DNA of 63,792 nucleotides from Felis catus (GCF_018350175.1 NC_058377.1:59830001-59893792); one strand, 5' to 3'. Shown: positions 21,001-35,700, numbered from the stretch's first letter. Notes: generated from the letters alone by a model not told the origin. Numbers and translations are program-made.

Positions 21001-24000
21001 TTTTGAGACAGAGAGAGCATGAGTGGGGGAGGGGCAGAGAGAGAGAGAGAGAGAGAGAGACAGAATCTGAAGCAGGCTCCAGGCTCTGAGCTGTCAGCAC
21101 ACAGTGCAACGCTGGGCTCGAACTCATAAACTGAGAGATCATGACCTGAGCCAAAGTCAGATGCTTAACTGACTAAGTCACCCAGGTGCCCCTGGGACCC
21201 ATCCTTTCTGAAAACCTACTGTGCGGCCCCATATTGAGCATTGTGAGTTGGAGCCTCGAGCTTGTGATCGGCAAGAGTGAGGTGGACAAGCCACTCCTAG
21301 GATGCTCAGCTTCATTGGAGTGCCTCTGTGGAGGGTGCTCCATGGTTTCCAAAACCTAGAAAAGGGAGGTCAGGAAGCTACAGCTGTTGTGTTCCATGCA
21401 GACTCCTTCAAAGAAGCAAAATTAATCTTGGCTGCACAGCCAGGAGGTTTAATAACAAGTGAGGAGGAGGAGGAGTAGGGAGGATATTTGCAGTAGGGGG
21501 TGCAATCCAAGCAAGGCTGTTGGGTAGGAAAAGTACACATGGTGATGAGTACAAGGGGCTGCTCGGGACAGAGAAGGAGTGAAGGGGAGCGGGGGAGGCC
21601 TGGAAGCGGGGACTGGTCAGGAGCCTTAAATACCACCAGCCCAGTCCTGTCCCTCACTCATCCACCAGCACCCCCTCTGTGCCAGGCACACTTGGTCCCC
21701 AGGCTCGAGATTACCATTAAGTGGGGAAACAGAGTTCTGAGGCAGGATGTGGCCCATGCCAGGTGCACTGGGGAAACAGCATGCTGTTTCACCAGAGTTA
21801 TGGAGGGATCAGAGCCCCCACCTCACAGATAGCAGGAAAGAGCGGTTCCTCTGAAGGACTTTCCCTCCGTGCTCACAGTGGCCCACTGAAGGAGGCACCA
21901 CCGATTGTCATCCCCCCCCTCCAAGCCAGGGAGCTAAGGCCTGCATAGGGGAAGCACCTGGCCCAATGTAATACCACCTGAGGGACAGTGCTGGGTGCAG
22001 GTCTAGCCTCCCCAAATTCTTGCCTGCATTCTCTCTGGGATTGGGGCCCTGAGTAAAAGCGAGAATAGATTGGGTAAAGTGGAGCGAGAACTGCCTTACT
22101 CATGTCTGCTTCTAACATTGCTGGCACAGATTCTCATGTAAGGTAGGTGCTCAAAAAACTCAATGAAATGAACACAAGAAAGGCATAAAGAAGAGGATGA
22201 GAAGTGGAACAGGAAACAGGGACGAGGAAAGGAGGTACAAGGGACTGGCAAAGGTGGTAGAGGGGTTTGGGTTGCAGTGACTTAGTGATGAGGTCGATGG
22301 AGCACCAGAGAAGCAAAGTTGACACAAGAGGCCCCTAATTATAACAAGGAGGAGAGCTGAGGTGGCAGAGAAGGAACGGAGGACTCAGGGTGACATCATA
22401 TGTGGGGAGGTGATGGCCTGAGGCAGCACAGAGGTAGTCAGGCCCACTGTTGGGAGGGTGGAGCTGACTTACCAGAGCTGTGTCCGCAGGGCGGTGGGCA
22501 TACACAGATCTGCTTCCCTGCAGCCTGAGTACATTGCCCTGGAGTCGCTGAGCCAGGACTATGGCTTTGAATTGCTGGGCATGTGCCGGAACCAGAGTGA
22601 GGTCACCGCAGTACTCAATGACCTGGGCCAAGACAACGAGACTGAACCCGAGGCTGAGGGCCTGGGCCAGGCCTTTGAGGAAGGCATCCCCAACCTGGCG
22701 AGGCTGAGACTGGCCATCAACTACAACCAGAAGCGGGTCAGCTGGGCCCTACCTACCTCCCCCACCCCTGCCCTAATCCCTGCCTTGCCATGGCTAGGTA
22801 TTCCTTAGTCCAGCCTAAATAAGTCCTCCCCCTGCCCTCTGAGACCTGATCCTGAGCACCCTTCTAGCTAGGCCCTGGTCCTGTGGGCCTCCCCAACCCC
22901 CTTCTTACCTTCAGTCTAAGCCCCTAACCTCTCCCCAGGCCTTGGAAGTCCCATTACCCACCAGGATTCTACCTTCAGACCAGACATCTGGGTTTTATTC
23001 AGCTCTGCCTCTGGCCTATTGAGTTAGTTTGGTCCAGTCTTCTTCTGTTGTTAAACTTCAGTATCTCTCTGTATTCAACAAGAGTAGACTAGATCTCTCA
23101 GGGCTTACATACCAAGTGATTCCACTATTCCTTACCTTATTAGATGCCTGCCCCATAAGCTGAAGACATGCTCCCTTTCTAGCCTCTCCCACCCCTTACT
23201 CCATCTCACCCATCTTCAGATATCCTATCTCACCAGTAGCTTAACCAAAAACTTTCCTTCATAATGGCTCCCCTGGCCCTGCCTCCCAAAACATCAAATC
23301 CTACTCTCCCTGTTCCTCCCCTCCTCAAGACTGGTGCCCCACATCTCTAAGAAGGCAGAAAACCCTGTGGGTTCTGGGACTCTGGTACCTAGTTCCACCC
23401 ACCACTACCTGGCTTAGACTCAAGAAAGAAAGAGGAATCCAGAGAGTCCAGAAAAATCTTTTGAGTTAAGCTTCTCCCTCACAGACTAGGAAACCAAGGC
23501 CTAAGGGTGGGGTCTGCCCAAGGTCACATGGCAAATGAGTTGCCTCTCTTCTGAGCTGGCTGGCCTGAGAAGAAATATGGTTCATCTCTGGGGCAGGGAA
23601 GGCAGGACTGTGCACACAATTGGCTCCCCCTCCCTTCCCTGCCTGGTAACCACCCACGCTGCTCACGCGCCATCTCTGCTTAGTTTGTAGCACACCCCAT
23701 CTGCCAGCAAGTCCTGTCTTCCATCTGGTGTGGGAACCTGGCTGGCTGGCGTGGAAGCACCACCATCTGGAAGCTCTTTGTCGCCTTCCTCATCTTCCTC
23801 ACCATGCCCTTCCTCTGCCTCGGCTACTGGCTGGCACCCAAGTCCCGGGTACTAAGAAAAAAGTTAATGATAACTGTCACTTATTGCGCACTTTGCTAAT
23901 GTTCCCATGAAGTCACTTGAAGTGGCCCTGGAAAGTAGGTATTACACTTTCATTTTATAGAGGAGGCATGGGGAACAGAAGTGCTCTTTTTGTCCAGGGG

Positions 24001-27000
24001 ACGCAGTAAATAGCCCAGTCCTGATTTAAACCGAGGTCTCTCTGCCTCCAAAGCCTGAATCTTATGTACGACCCAAAATCTCCTAAAGAGACCCCCGCCC
24101 CAACCTACAAATTATTGAGAGCCTGTATGGACCTAGCTATCTTTATTCCTTCATTTCAACAAGCATTTCCTTGAAACCCTGCTGTGAGCTGGGTGTTATG
24201 CCTGATCCGGGGGATATAATGTTAACCGGGTGAGAAACAGGGAGAGTGGTGTCCCAGGGAGCAGAAGCAGCTTGTCTGCAGGCCCAGGGGAGGGAGAACA
24301 TAAAGTATCAGTGAGACGGAAAGAATTTCTGGTTGCTGAAGCATACGTACAAATAGTGAGTGATGGGGAGCAGGCAGGGGCCAGATCTAGCAGTGCTTTA
24401 TAAGCAGTGATAGAAGCCATTGTAGGATTTTAATGGAGTGAGTGATCCCTTTAGTTATGTGCTTTAGAAAGTTCTCTCTACTAGAGGCATGAGGATGGGT
24501 TGGGGAGAGGGTAGGAGTTAGGGAGATGGTCGTTGTCTGAGATGGGGACACAGGAGGAGGAAGAGAAGGAACCAGTTTAGGATGGAAGATGATGAATTTA
24601 TTTTTTAATTTGGTTGAGACTGAAGAGCCTGTGGGACCTCCAAGGATAAGTTGTTTTACTCTGTGATCCTCAATTCCTTAGCTGAAACACATGGGAATAG
24701 TACTACTCACCTCACACAGCTGTGAAGGAAATAGATGTGAAATAGAGCACATTCTCAATAAATGTCTGGATAAGTGTGCAAGTCAAAGGAGGGGTCTGGA
24801 AGCTCTCCAAGGAAGGGGTGGTGTGACAGGCCTCTGAGAGCCATGCTTTCCTCCCTCTCCCTGCAAGCTGGGCCATCTGCTGAAGATCCCAGTGCTGAAG
24901 TTCTTGCTGCACTCTGCCTCCTATCTGTGGTTCCTCATCTTCCTGCTGGGTGAGTCCCTGGCCATGGAGACACAGCTGAGCACCTTCCGCGGCCGCAGCC
25001 AGAGCGTCTGGGAGACTTCCCTACACATGGTTTGGGTCACAGGTACGTGTGTGGGGCCCTTTATTTGTAGTGGTCCCCCTTGTGGGCTCCCTCACTGTTC
25101 TTCAAAGTAAGTACTCCAGTAGAGGCGGGGGTGGGGGGGACCCTCTGCCTGTAGATGCCCGCAAACATAGAACCAAACCCCTCTAGGCTCCAGCACTCCA
25201 AGGGACCGTTTCTATTCACCCCTAGTTAGAGGATCTAGCCCTGTGATAAGACTCCCTGAGCAGGGGCCCCATTCTTACCCCACTCCAGAGGTCCCTATCC
25301 TTTCACAAATAAGACACTGGTCCATAGCTTCAGGTGGGAAATGACCCTGGCGTAATGGTAACCTGCCAGGACACCAGGCAGTCTATCCCAAAAGTCATGG
25401 AACAGAAAGGCTCACAGACCAAACTGAGATGCTTCAATCATACAGTTTACTAAATCCATAAATGGTGGTGCTGTTATGAGAACCAGAGTTGAAGTTTAAG
25501 CAGGGGCTGCGAGAGCCAGAAGTTGCCTCGCCCCAACACTTGGTCTGTAGAAGAGACATGGGGGCAAGTATGTCTGGCTACAGCTGAAGCTTGCTAATCA
25601 TCCTGATGAGCAGCTAGGAATTTCCTTCGCAATTCTTTTTTTTTTTTTTAATGTTTACTTATTTTATTATTTATTTTTTTAATGTTTATTTATTTTTGAG
25701 AGACAGAGAGGGAGAGAGCGCCAGTGGGGGAAGGGCAGAGAGGGAGAGGGAGACAGAGAATCGGAAGCAGACTCCAGGCTCTGAGCTGTCAGCACAGAGC
25801 CCGACGCAGGGCTCAAATTCACGAACCGTAAGATCATGACCTGATCCGAAGTCTAATGCTTAACTGACTGAGCCACCCAGGTGCCCCAATTTATTTATTT
25901 TTGAGAGAGAGCACTCAAGCAGCGAAGGGGCAGAGAGAGAGGGAGACACAGAATCTGAAGCAGGACCCAGGCTCTGAGCTGTCAGCACAGAACCCAACAT
26001 GGGGCTTGAACTCACAAGCCATGAGATCATGACCTGAACTGAAGTCTAACGCTTAACCAACTGAACCACCCAGGCACCCCAAGGAATTCTTGTGCAAAAG
26101 ACACATAGGGCCAGAAAGGGTATCAACAGTGGGTAGCTGACTTAAGAGCTGATGAATCCTGAGGGCTTCAGCTGCCTCATGTATATTCAGTATATTATGA
26201 ATACTTAATCCCTTTCTATGTATTCACACACAAATGCTCCACTCGTTTTATTTGTTCAACATGCCACCCAAATAACTAACTTATCTATGCTCAACCTGTA
26301 AGTTTCATGCATTCCATTGGTTTTCTTCTATAGCAGAAATCAAGTGTTCTTGAACAGTTCAGCAAAGGCAATTACAAGAACCCCCCCAGAACTCTATCTA
26401 GCCTCTGGCTGGGCAGCTCAGCGGGTTGGGCCATAGGCCCCCTTCCTCAGCTGCCCTCCCCTCAGCCCTAGCTTAGTCAGCAAACTCCTAATAAATGCTT
26501 GTTGTTCACTGTGAGTGAAGCCCTGATAATGCACGGATAAATTAAATATGGTTCCATCCATCCATCCATGCAACAACATATAGGACTGAACATCCATCCC
26601 AGGTTCACAAGATAGTCTGCTGCTGTCAGAATTGATTCAGTTCCTGACCACACCATGTTCCCACTTGTCCCAGGCCTATGCTCATTCTCTTTCTCCAGTC
26701 CTGTCCCCTTCCTACATGACCCCATCACCTGGCTGGCTCCCCTTCTTCCTTCAAATCTCAGCTTAAATGTCACTTTCTTTGAGAAGCTTTCCCTGGACCC
26801 CAAATCAGGGTGAGGGTCCCTTCCTAAATACTCCCAAAACAACCTGTTTCCCTGCTCCTCAATCTTTGCATTCACCATACTGAATTGTAACCACTTGGCT
26901 ACTTGCCCATCTCCCTCACTAGAATCCTGGAAGGCCGGGGACCATATTTGTGCCAGGGTCCCACTGGCATATGGTGGTAGCTTAATAAATGTTAGTTTAA

Positions 27001-30000
27001 TAGTGACTACTCAGCCTTGTTCTGGGCACTGGGGACAAGGAGATGAATCAGACATGGTCCCTGCCCTTAAGGAGTTCAGAGTTTAGGGGCGGTGAGGGGA
27101 GACAGACCCAGGAAGAGATACCCTATAGGGCCCCGTGGTTGATGGCATCACAGAGATCTGAATGGAGCTGTGAGAGCAGAGTTCAGGGAGCAACTCACTG
27201 CACCTGCTCAGGGAAGGTTTTGCAGACAAGGCAGTATTTGACCTGGGCCATATAGGCGAGCCTGGCTTCAAATGGGTGTGGAAGGGCATTCTAGGCAGAC
27301 AGAAAAAGCACACAACGTGTATCCAGGGAATGCAGAAGGGTACAATGCGGCAGGGTTACCTGGCTAATGGGGTCCAAGACCCAACGCCCCCATCCCTAGG
27401 TCTGGCACTTTTCCCCACTGAGACATGGGCACTCAGAGCAGGCAAATAGTTTGGAGCCCCTTCAAGTCAATATTCTAGAAATATTTGTCCAGCATTTAGG
27501 AGAAACAGATTTAAACCATTCCCTCCCAGTACCAACCTCTCCCAGGTGTTAGTTTATGCATATAAGCCAACTGGGATCATCGGTGCAGGCCCCACGGTAG
27601 AGGTGTCCACATCAGCTGGTAGTCTTTTTTATTTTCACAGATCACTTTGTAGTTACGTAGATTGCATGGTTATGTTTAATCACCTTCGTTCCTGTGATGT
27701 TTTAGCTCCCCCGCCCCACGGATAGGTGCCCCCACACAATAACCTAGCTCTGACCTGGAAGCAGGACAGTTCTGCCTCGTCCTGTCCCTGCCTCCTACCT
27801 TCAGGCTTTCTGTGGTTTGAGTGCAAGGAAGTGTGGATTGAGGGCCTGCGCAGTTACCTCCTGGACTGGTGGAACTTCTTGGATGTGGTCATCCTGTCCC
27901 TGTACCTGGCGGCCTTTGCGCTGCGCCTCCTTCTGGCCGGGCTTGCCCATGTGCACTGCCGGGATGCCCCCAACGGAGCTGCCTGCCACTATTTCACCAC
28001 AGCTGGTGAGTGCCCCCCAACTCAGTTGGGGTCCCCCAGGCCCTTCTCTCCTTTGGATGTCAGCCTCAGCCTCATTCCACCCTGCACAGAGCGAAGTGAG
28101 TGGCGCACTGAGGATCCCCAGTTCCTGGCGGAGGTGTTGTTTGCCGTCACCAGCATGCTCAGTTTCACCCGCCTGGCCTACATCCTGCCGGCCCATGAGT
28201 CCCTGGGCACTCTGCAGATTTCTATTGGCAGGATGATTGACGACATGATCCGGTGAGTACTGTACCTGCTCAGAGCATCCTCCACTGTGATAGACTCCAC
28301 TTGACCTCCTTGTAAAAGTCCTCACCTCTAGTTGGCACAGGGGTTCTTAACCTCGCTTCCTTGCAGAGGCTCCAGAGACCTCTGAGGTCCTGAAATTACA
28401 GACAAAACTAGGGATGTAGACGTAAATGCACATTTCTCTGCAGCAAGGGTCTATAACTTTCATCTAATTCTCAAAGAGGCCCATGACCCCTGAAAAGATT
28501 AGGAACCACTGACAGCAGGACTCGCCCTTGGATGGGAATTCCAGCCCCAGTTCTGTTGCTCCTCATGACCCGCTCAGGGCCTCAGTTTTCCCATCTTTGT
28601 GGTAAGGGCACTGAAGTCAGGGGTCCCTTTGGATCGTTCCCACTCTGCAACAGCTCTTTGAACTCGTGGCATTATCTAGTATTCTTGGTGCTTATCACCT
28701 AATAATTGGCAGCCAAACCTGGACTCTCCCGCTAAGCAGAGCCCATAGTTAGTGCCTGCTGCCCAGGGAATCCCCTGCCTGAAGCCCTGGTTACATCTAC
28801 GAACATCTTCAGCTCAGCTCAGCTTGAGGAGAATCTCCCACCCCACCCCTGAGACTCTTCTACCCGCATGCCCCCCACCCAGCCCCTGTTGCAGGCTGAC
28901 CCATTCTCACAGGTAGCTTTACCACTGCTGCTGATAAATCCTGTCCAGTAGGACTGTCTGACTCACTCTTCCTTGAACCACCTCTTAGCATTTCAGTCCC
29001 TCCCTGGGAGACTGGCCCATCCCCAGCTTGGATCACTTCAACTAAGTATCCTTTATTCTCAAGGAAGAGCTCCTGCTTTGGCACCATTTTAAATGACTTC
29101 TCCTTTCCCATCTTTACTTTCTCTGTTCTTAATAATCACCAAATTTGAATACTTGTCAAGAGATGCTGAGTCTGGGAGGCCATCACTTGATCCCTCTTCC
29201 CAGAACCTGACTTCTCCCAACATAGAAACCTTCTCTGACCTTTCCCCATCCCACCCCCTGCCAGGTTTATGTTCATCCTCATGATCATCCTGACTGCCTT
29301 CCTCTGTGGCCTCAACAACATCTACGTGCCCTACCAGGAGACAGAGCGTCTGGGCAAGTATGCTGGGGTGGAGGCAGGGTGGATAGGTGGGAGTCTGGGG
29401 CTGATCGGTCTGGAACTTAGTGATCACCACTGCCTTCCCTCTCCTTTCTCATCTCTTCATTCATAATTAATCTCTTGTTTGAGCAATAATTCACTCTCTC
29501 ATTGATTCCTACTCATTCATTTGTTCATTAACTCATTTACTCATTCACTTTTTCCCCAAACTTTTTATTTTGAAAAATGTCAATCCTATGAAAAAGTTAA
29601 AAGCACAGTGGTTGCCCATATACCCTTCACCTAGCTTCATCAGTTGTTAATGTTTTACCACACTTTGCTCTATCTATTGCTCTCCTTATTTTATTTTCCT
29701 TGAAACATTTAAAAGTACGTTGCGAACATCATGACACTTTATCCCTAAATATTTCAGGAGATTTCCTAAGAGCATAACCACAAAACGATTATCACACTAA
29801 AAAAAATTATTTCTGCTTCCTTTTCTTTTTTTTTAAATGTTTATTTAATTTTTGAGAGAGAGAGAGAGAGCATGCACAAGGGGCAGAGAGAGAGGGAGAC
29901 AGAGAATCCAAAGCAGGCTCTAACCCAAGAATCATGAGATCATGACCTGAGATGAAGTTGGATGCTTTTTCTTTTTTCTTTTCTAAAGTAAGCTCTATGC

Positions 30001-31079
30001 CCAATGTGGGGCTTGAACTCATGACTCCAAGACCAAGAGTCACATGCTCTACTGACTGAGCCAGCCAGGCACTCCCACCCTCAAAAAATTTAATATCCAG
30101 GGGCACCTGGCTAGGTCAGTCAGTAGAGCATGTGTCTCTTGATCCGGGGGTTGTGAGTTCAAGCCCCACATTGAATGTAGAGCTTACTTTAAAAATTGTT
30201 TAATTAATTAATTAATATTGAACCCAAATTATTATTTTCTGTATAGTTCTTATTCAAGTTTCTCCAGTTGACCCGCCCCCCCCAAAAGTCTTTCTACCCT
30301 TTTAAAACTCTGAGAACCTATCTGGGGTCATGTGTTTCATTTTGTTATCATATCTCTTTAGTCTCCTTTATTTAAAAAAAAATTTTTTTTAATGTTTATT
30401 TATTTTTGACAGAGAGAGAGAGAGAGAGAGACAGAGCATGAGCGGGGGAGGGGCAGAGAGAAGGAGGGGCAGAGAAGGAGACACAGAATCCGAAGCAGGC
30501 TCCAGGCTCTGAGCTGTCAGCACAGAGCCCAACGCGAGGCTCAAACTCAGACGGCAAGATCATGACATAAGCCGAAGTCGGACGCCAACTGACTGAGCCA
30601 CCCAGGGGCCCCTCTCTTTACTCTCCTTTAATCTGCAACATGCCCTCTACCTTTTCTTTGTCTTTCATAACAAATGAACTTTTTTGAAGAGTACAGATCA
30701 AAGTATACTGTAGAGTATTCTACAGTTGGGATTTATCTGAGTAGTTCCTCATGATAAGATTAAAGTTAAGCAGTTTTGTCAAGAACACAACGTAGCTGAT
30801 GATGTGTATTTTCCACTGCATCACATCAGGAGACAGAAGATGTCAGTGTAGCCCATTGGGAGGCCCAATGGTCTATCAAACCTCTTCACTGTAAAGGTAC
30901 TAAGGATGCCCTTTAGTAATATAAAGATATGCTGATACCGTGTGACTAACCTGTTCCCTTGCAACCTTTCACTCAGTGGCTTTAGCATCCATGAATCAGT
31001 TATTATAATAGTGGTTTCAAGATGGTGATCTTCTACTACTGCCATTCTTTCTATATATTTTTAAAAATTTTTTAACATT

Positions 31080-31118
<39 letters not shown>

Positions 31119-32743
31119 TTTTTGAGAGACAGAGAAAGAGACAGAACATGAGCAGGGGAGAGGCAGAGAGAGAGAGAGAGAGAGAGAGGAGCACAGAATC
31201 TAAAGCAGGCTCCAGACTCTGAGCTGTCAATACAGAGCCTGATGCAGGACTTGAACCCATGAATGTGAGATCATGACCTGAGCCGAAGTCAGACGCTCAA
31301 CTGAGTGAGCCACCAAAGCGCCTCTCTTTCTATATTTCTTTGCTGGCATTCTTCTCTAAAGACGTGCTGTCTTATTTTTTAAAAATCACTATGGGATTCA
31401 AAGATTTTTTAAAATATAAGAATCCATTATAGTCATTATTTCTTTTTGATGCTCAGTTCTTCCAAAACATAGCCAATAATTCTTGTGTCTGTTTATTCAC
31501 TCACTCATTCATTGTCCATTCATTCATTTGCCCACTTTTTAAGTTTATTCACTTCATCATTCAGTTGTGGTGGGCTTTTTATAATTGTTGTCGGGCCCAC
31601 ACCCATTTACTGACACCTTTGCAGTAAGTCCTATCCCTGGCACTGGAAGCACAGATAGAGGAAATGAACTGAACCAGGCTCAGTCTCATGAAGAAGATAT
31701 CCAGTGTGCACAAATAAGCTCAATTTGTGGTGATAAGTGCTGTGAGGAAGGAGGACTTCTGTTGAGGAGACCCACAGGGGAAAGCTCCTTCCGGGGGAAA
31801 CCCCTAGGGGTGGCAACCATTCATTCCAGCCAGCTTGGGTAATCAGGAAAGACTTCACCAGGAAGGAATTATCTGTACTCCACCTACAAGGATTATGGGC
31901 TTCAGAGAAGGTGCAGGGCATCCTGGTCAGAAAGGGAACATGTACCAAAGCAGGGAGGTATGGCTGTAGAATATAGCAAGATGTCTTCCATGGTTGGCAT
32001 GTAGAGGGAGTTGTGAAAGAAGAGCTGGAGAGGGTAGAGGAGCCAGGTCATGGAGCCCACGAATGTCCTCCTAAGAAGCTTGGGCTGTTTCCAGCATGCC
32101 AGGGAGCTCCGGGTGGCCTTTGAAGCAATGATTCTGTTATAAATTCTTCATGAGTGCAACTACATGGTTTTATCAATGATGCTGAAGGAGCTACACTTGG
32201 GCCTGTGGATATTGGTCAAGGCTTTGTCATTGGTTCCAGTATAAATGGAGGCTTTATTCCAGTATAAATGGAGACCAATCCTCTTACTAAGAATTTTTGT
32301 TCACATCCAACCTTCAGGATGTTAACTTAAAGGAACTGAGCTTAGACAGCTGAAACCGTGAACTGTAGCACCAGAGGCAGCAACCATTCATTCCAGCTTG
32401 CTTCATAGGTCCTGGTGGTGTCAGTCACTCCACAGTGGCACAGGCAGCCTGAGCCCTCCTGTGCTGTTCATTCACAGATGACACCTTATTAAGTAAAAAA
32501 AAATATTTCTGCTAACAATCTCAGGTAAGTTGCATGGTAGGCATATGAACTGAGAGTGATTAGGAGGAGCATTTAAGGTTTGACAAACCTCAAATCAGCA
32601 ATTAAAAAGAACACCTAGATGGGGCAGGGGAGGGGGGAGTGCCTGGGTGGCTCAGTTGGTTGAGCCAACTCAGGTAGTGATCCCAGGGTTGTGAGATTGA
32701 GCCCAGTATTGGGCTCCATGCTGAACGTGAAGCCTGCTTAAGA

Positions 32744-32775
<32 letters not shown>

Positions 32776-35700
32776 TTCTCTCTTTCTCTCTCCCTCCCCA
32801 GCCCATNNNNNNNNNNNNNNNNNNNNNNNNNNNNNNNNNNNNNNNNNNNNNNNNNNNNNNNNNNNNNNNNNNNNNNNNNNNNNNNNNNNNNNNNNNNNNN
32901 NNNNNNNNNNNNNNNNNNNNNNNNNNNNNNNNNNNNNNNNNNNNNNNNNNGTAGAGAAGAACAGAATAACAAGAGATTGAAGCCAGAGATCAGATGCAGG
33001 GGCTGTTGCAGTAATCTAGGCCTGAACTGGCACTGAGATGGAGGGAGTAAGATGAATTCACAAATAACATGATCAGGTCTGTGAGTGACTAACAGACAAG
33101 CACATTCTGCTGGGGGTCAAGAAGGGAGTTCAGGAAGGGCTTCCCGGAAGAGGTGGCATTGGCTTTGCTATCAGAGTGGTCCAAATCACCATCCTCTCTC
33201 ACCCAGACCATGACAAGTTTCTTAACTGGTCTTCATGCCCCTACTCTCTCATAACTGTATCCTTAGTACATTTGGCTCATAGTAACATACTCTATAAATA
33301 TTGGCTTACTGAAAGAATAAAAGTGAGAGCTCAGAAATGACAAGAGTAGGTATGGGTCAGTGTGGTCCAAAGGGCTTCATGGAAGCAGATCGCCCTTAGC
33401 TGGGTCCTGGAGGGTGAGGAGGAGTGTGTCTGGCTGGGTCCCGGAGGGTGAGGAGGAGTGTGTCCGGGTGGTGCTCAGGCTCTTCTCCCACCCCTCACAT
33501 CCTATTCTTTGCTTGGCCCGGCACACCAGTTTCAACGAGACATTCCAGTTTCTGTTCTGGACTATGTTTGGCATGGAGGAGCACAGCGTTGTAGACATGC
33601 CTCAGTTTCTGGTGCCTGAATTCGTGGGCCGGGCCCTCTACGGCATCTTTACCATCGTCATGGTCATTGTGCTGCTCAACATGCTCATTGCCATGATTAC
33701 CAACTCCTTCCAGAAGATTGAGGTGTGTGGACTGAGGCCACCTGTGGCCAGGGAAAAGAAGGGACACAGAGATGGAGAGGAAATGGATGCAAGGAGTCCA
33801 GACACTTGGGTTCCTCCTCTGGCTCCCCTCCTGTTTTGTTTTGTGGCTTGGGGCAAGTTTTCCTTACCAGGCCTCATTTTCTTCATCTCTAAAATGAGGC
33901 TCTTTAATAATACTATTCGTTTCTCCAGACACAAGACGCTTCATGGTGGGGAGGAAGGGTGTGTTGTGGAAATGTAGATGGGAACATGGGAAGGGAGAGG
34001 GAAGATGGATGGGGTCAGGTTTGTGGCTGGAGAACAGCCTGGGCAGGAATTGGATGTCAGAGGATGAAAGACAGTGGTGAGGAAGAAAGGAAGGGGGGAG
34101 CCAGGTGGGGGAAATGTGAGTGATAAATGGGAATGGGGAGAAGGCGGCGCTTGGCACACTGCAGGAGAGACATGGAGACCAGGGGGAGCATGAGGCAGAC
34201 TGCGCGGGCAGGAGGGCGAGGGGCCAAAGCAGTCCTTGCATAGCCTCTGCCTCCGGCCTCAGGACGACGCCGATGTGGAGTGGAAGTTTGCTCGCTCCAA
34301 GCTCTACCTGTCCTACTTCCGGGAAGGCCTGACGCTGCCTGTGCCCTTCAACATCCTGCCCTCCCCCAAGGCCCTCTTCTACCTTCTCAGGTAATGACCT
34401 GAGAGCTTTTGCTCCCAACCCCCCAAGCACCCAGCACCCCTAGCCCAGCTCCTGCCCAATTCCCTACACCCTGTCCCCTGATCAACCGCTGTGGGTCCTC
34501 TGAATCTCTCAGGAGAATATTCCGCTTCATCTGCTGTTGCTGTTCCTGCTGTAAAACCAAGAAGCCAGACTACCCGCCAATCCCCACTTTTGTGAGTACC
34601 TCATTTGCTTGTCCGTGGTCTTCGTCACAACAGGCCTTCAATGGTATTATCTATACCACCTGTTTGTCTGCACACCCTTGTCTGTCTTTCTGGACATGTT
34701 CTCCAGAAGGCCAGCTCCTAGGTCCTCCTCTAGCATATGACTGCCTTTCCTTCTTCCTGACTCTGGCCATTTTCTAGATTTCCAACCATGGGTCACCCAG
34801 CTTAAACAGAAATCCATGCCACCTTGCTCCCAAGCCACTGACACCCTGTTCAGCTCAGGCACATCCTATAGCCTTAAGTGGCCACCGGAGCCTCTGCTGA
34901 GCCACAGAAGGATCAAGAAACCCCTACTCCCCCAATAATCCTTTTCAGTATTGTATTTTTATTACTATTTTTACATAATCTTTTTGCCATCAGAAAGAAA
35001 AAAAAAAAAAAGCTCCCAGCCTTCAGACAAACCTCTTGGCCCTAAACTGAGCCAAGACACAGATGAACATTTAAAAAAAAAAAAAAAAAAAAGTTAAGAA
35101 ACCAAGGGACAAATGCCCCACAAACTAGGAAATTAAATGGCTGATAGAGGCCTGAGAGAGGAGGCTGAGCCTCCAAGGGGCTCCCTTATCTCTTGTTATC
35201 TGTTCCCTAACCCAGGCATGGGCGCCATATCCTAATTCAGACCAGCGTTACTGCCAGGTCTGTAGGGGGTTCTATCTGTTCCCTTTAAAACTTGTTACCT
35301 GAGGATCTCTCCAGGCCAGGGTCGCCAGGCCAGATCCCCAGGTGAAGAAGGCTCTTCCTGATTGGTCAATAGTTTGTTCAACAAGTACTTACCAAAGCAT
35401 ACCTATTCTGGAAATAAAGATATGCAGAATGGTGGTCCCTCAAGGTCTAGAGTAGGAAGGAGATGGACTGTAATTGCACAGCACAGCCAGCCTATGGTAG
35501 AAAGAAGCACAGAGGACAGGCCCCAGACCCAGGAATCCGGGAGTTTCCCGGAGTCTTGAGGGCAGAACAGTATCCTGAAGGGTAAACAGGAGGTTGATGG
35601 GCAGATACAGTGGAAATGGGAGCTCTAGGCACAGTAAACTGCATGTGTTCAGCATGGGGAAAACAGGATGCTTACAAGAAATTAAACACCCAGGGTTCCT

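Noticed and set aside
24861-24868. AAG acceptor of TRPC2 exon 5 as a possible inactivating mutation
   Set aside because: AG is intact with a good pyrimidine tract and the frame is preserved; AAG acceptors are uncommon but functional.
31080-31122. (TTTA)n array; (TTCA)-rich tracts at ~29500, ~31500, ~37340-37445; short tandem copies at ~13268-13305 and ~42961-42984
   Set aside because: SINE tail, L2 tails and ordinary slippage repeats; no spacer structure, so not CRISPR-like.
32174-32190. 15-bp antisense match to the start of XNDC1 exon 9 (GCTCCTTCAGCATCA)
   Set aside because: A match this short between arbitrary positions is expected by chance in 64 kb.
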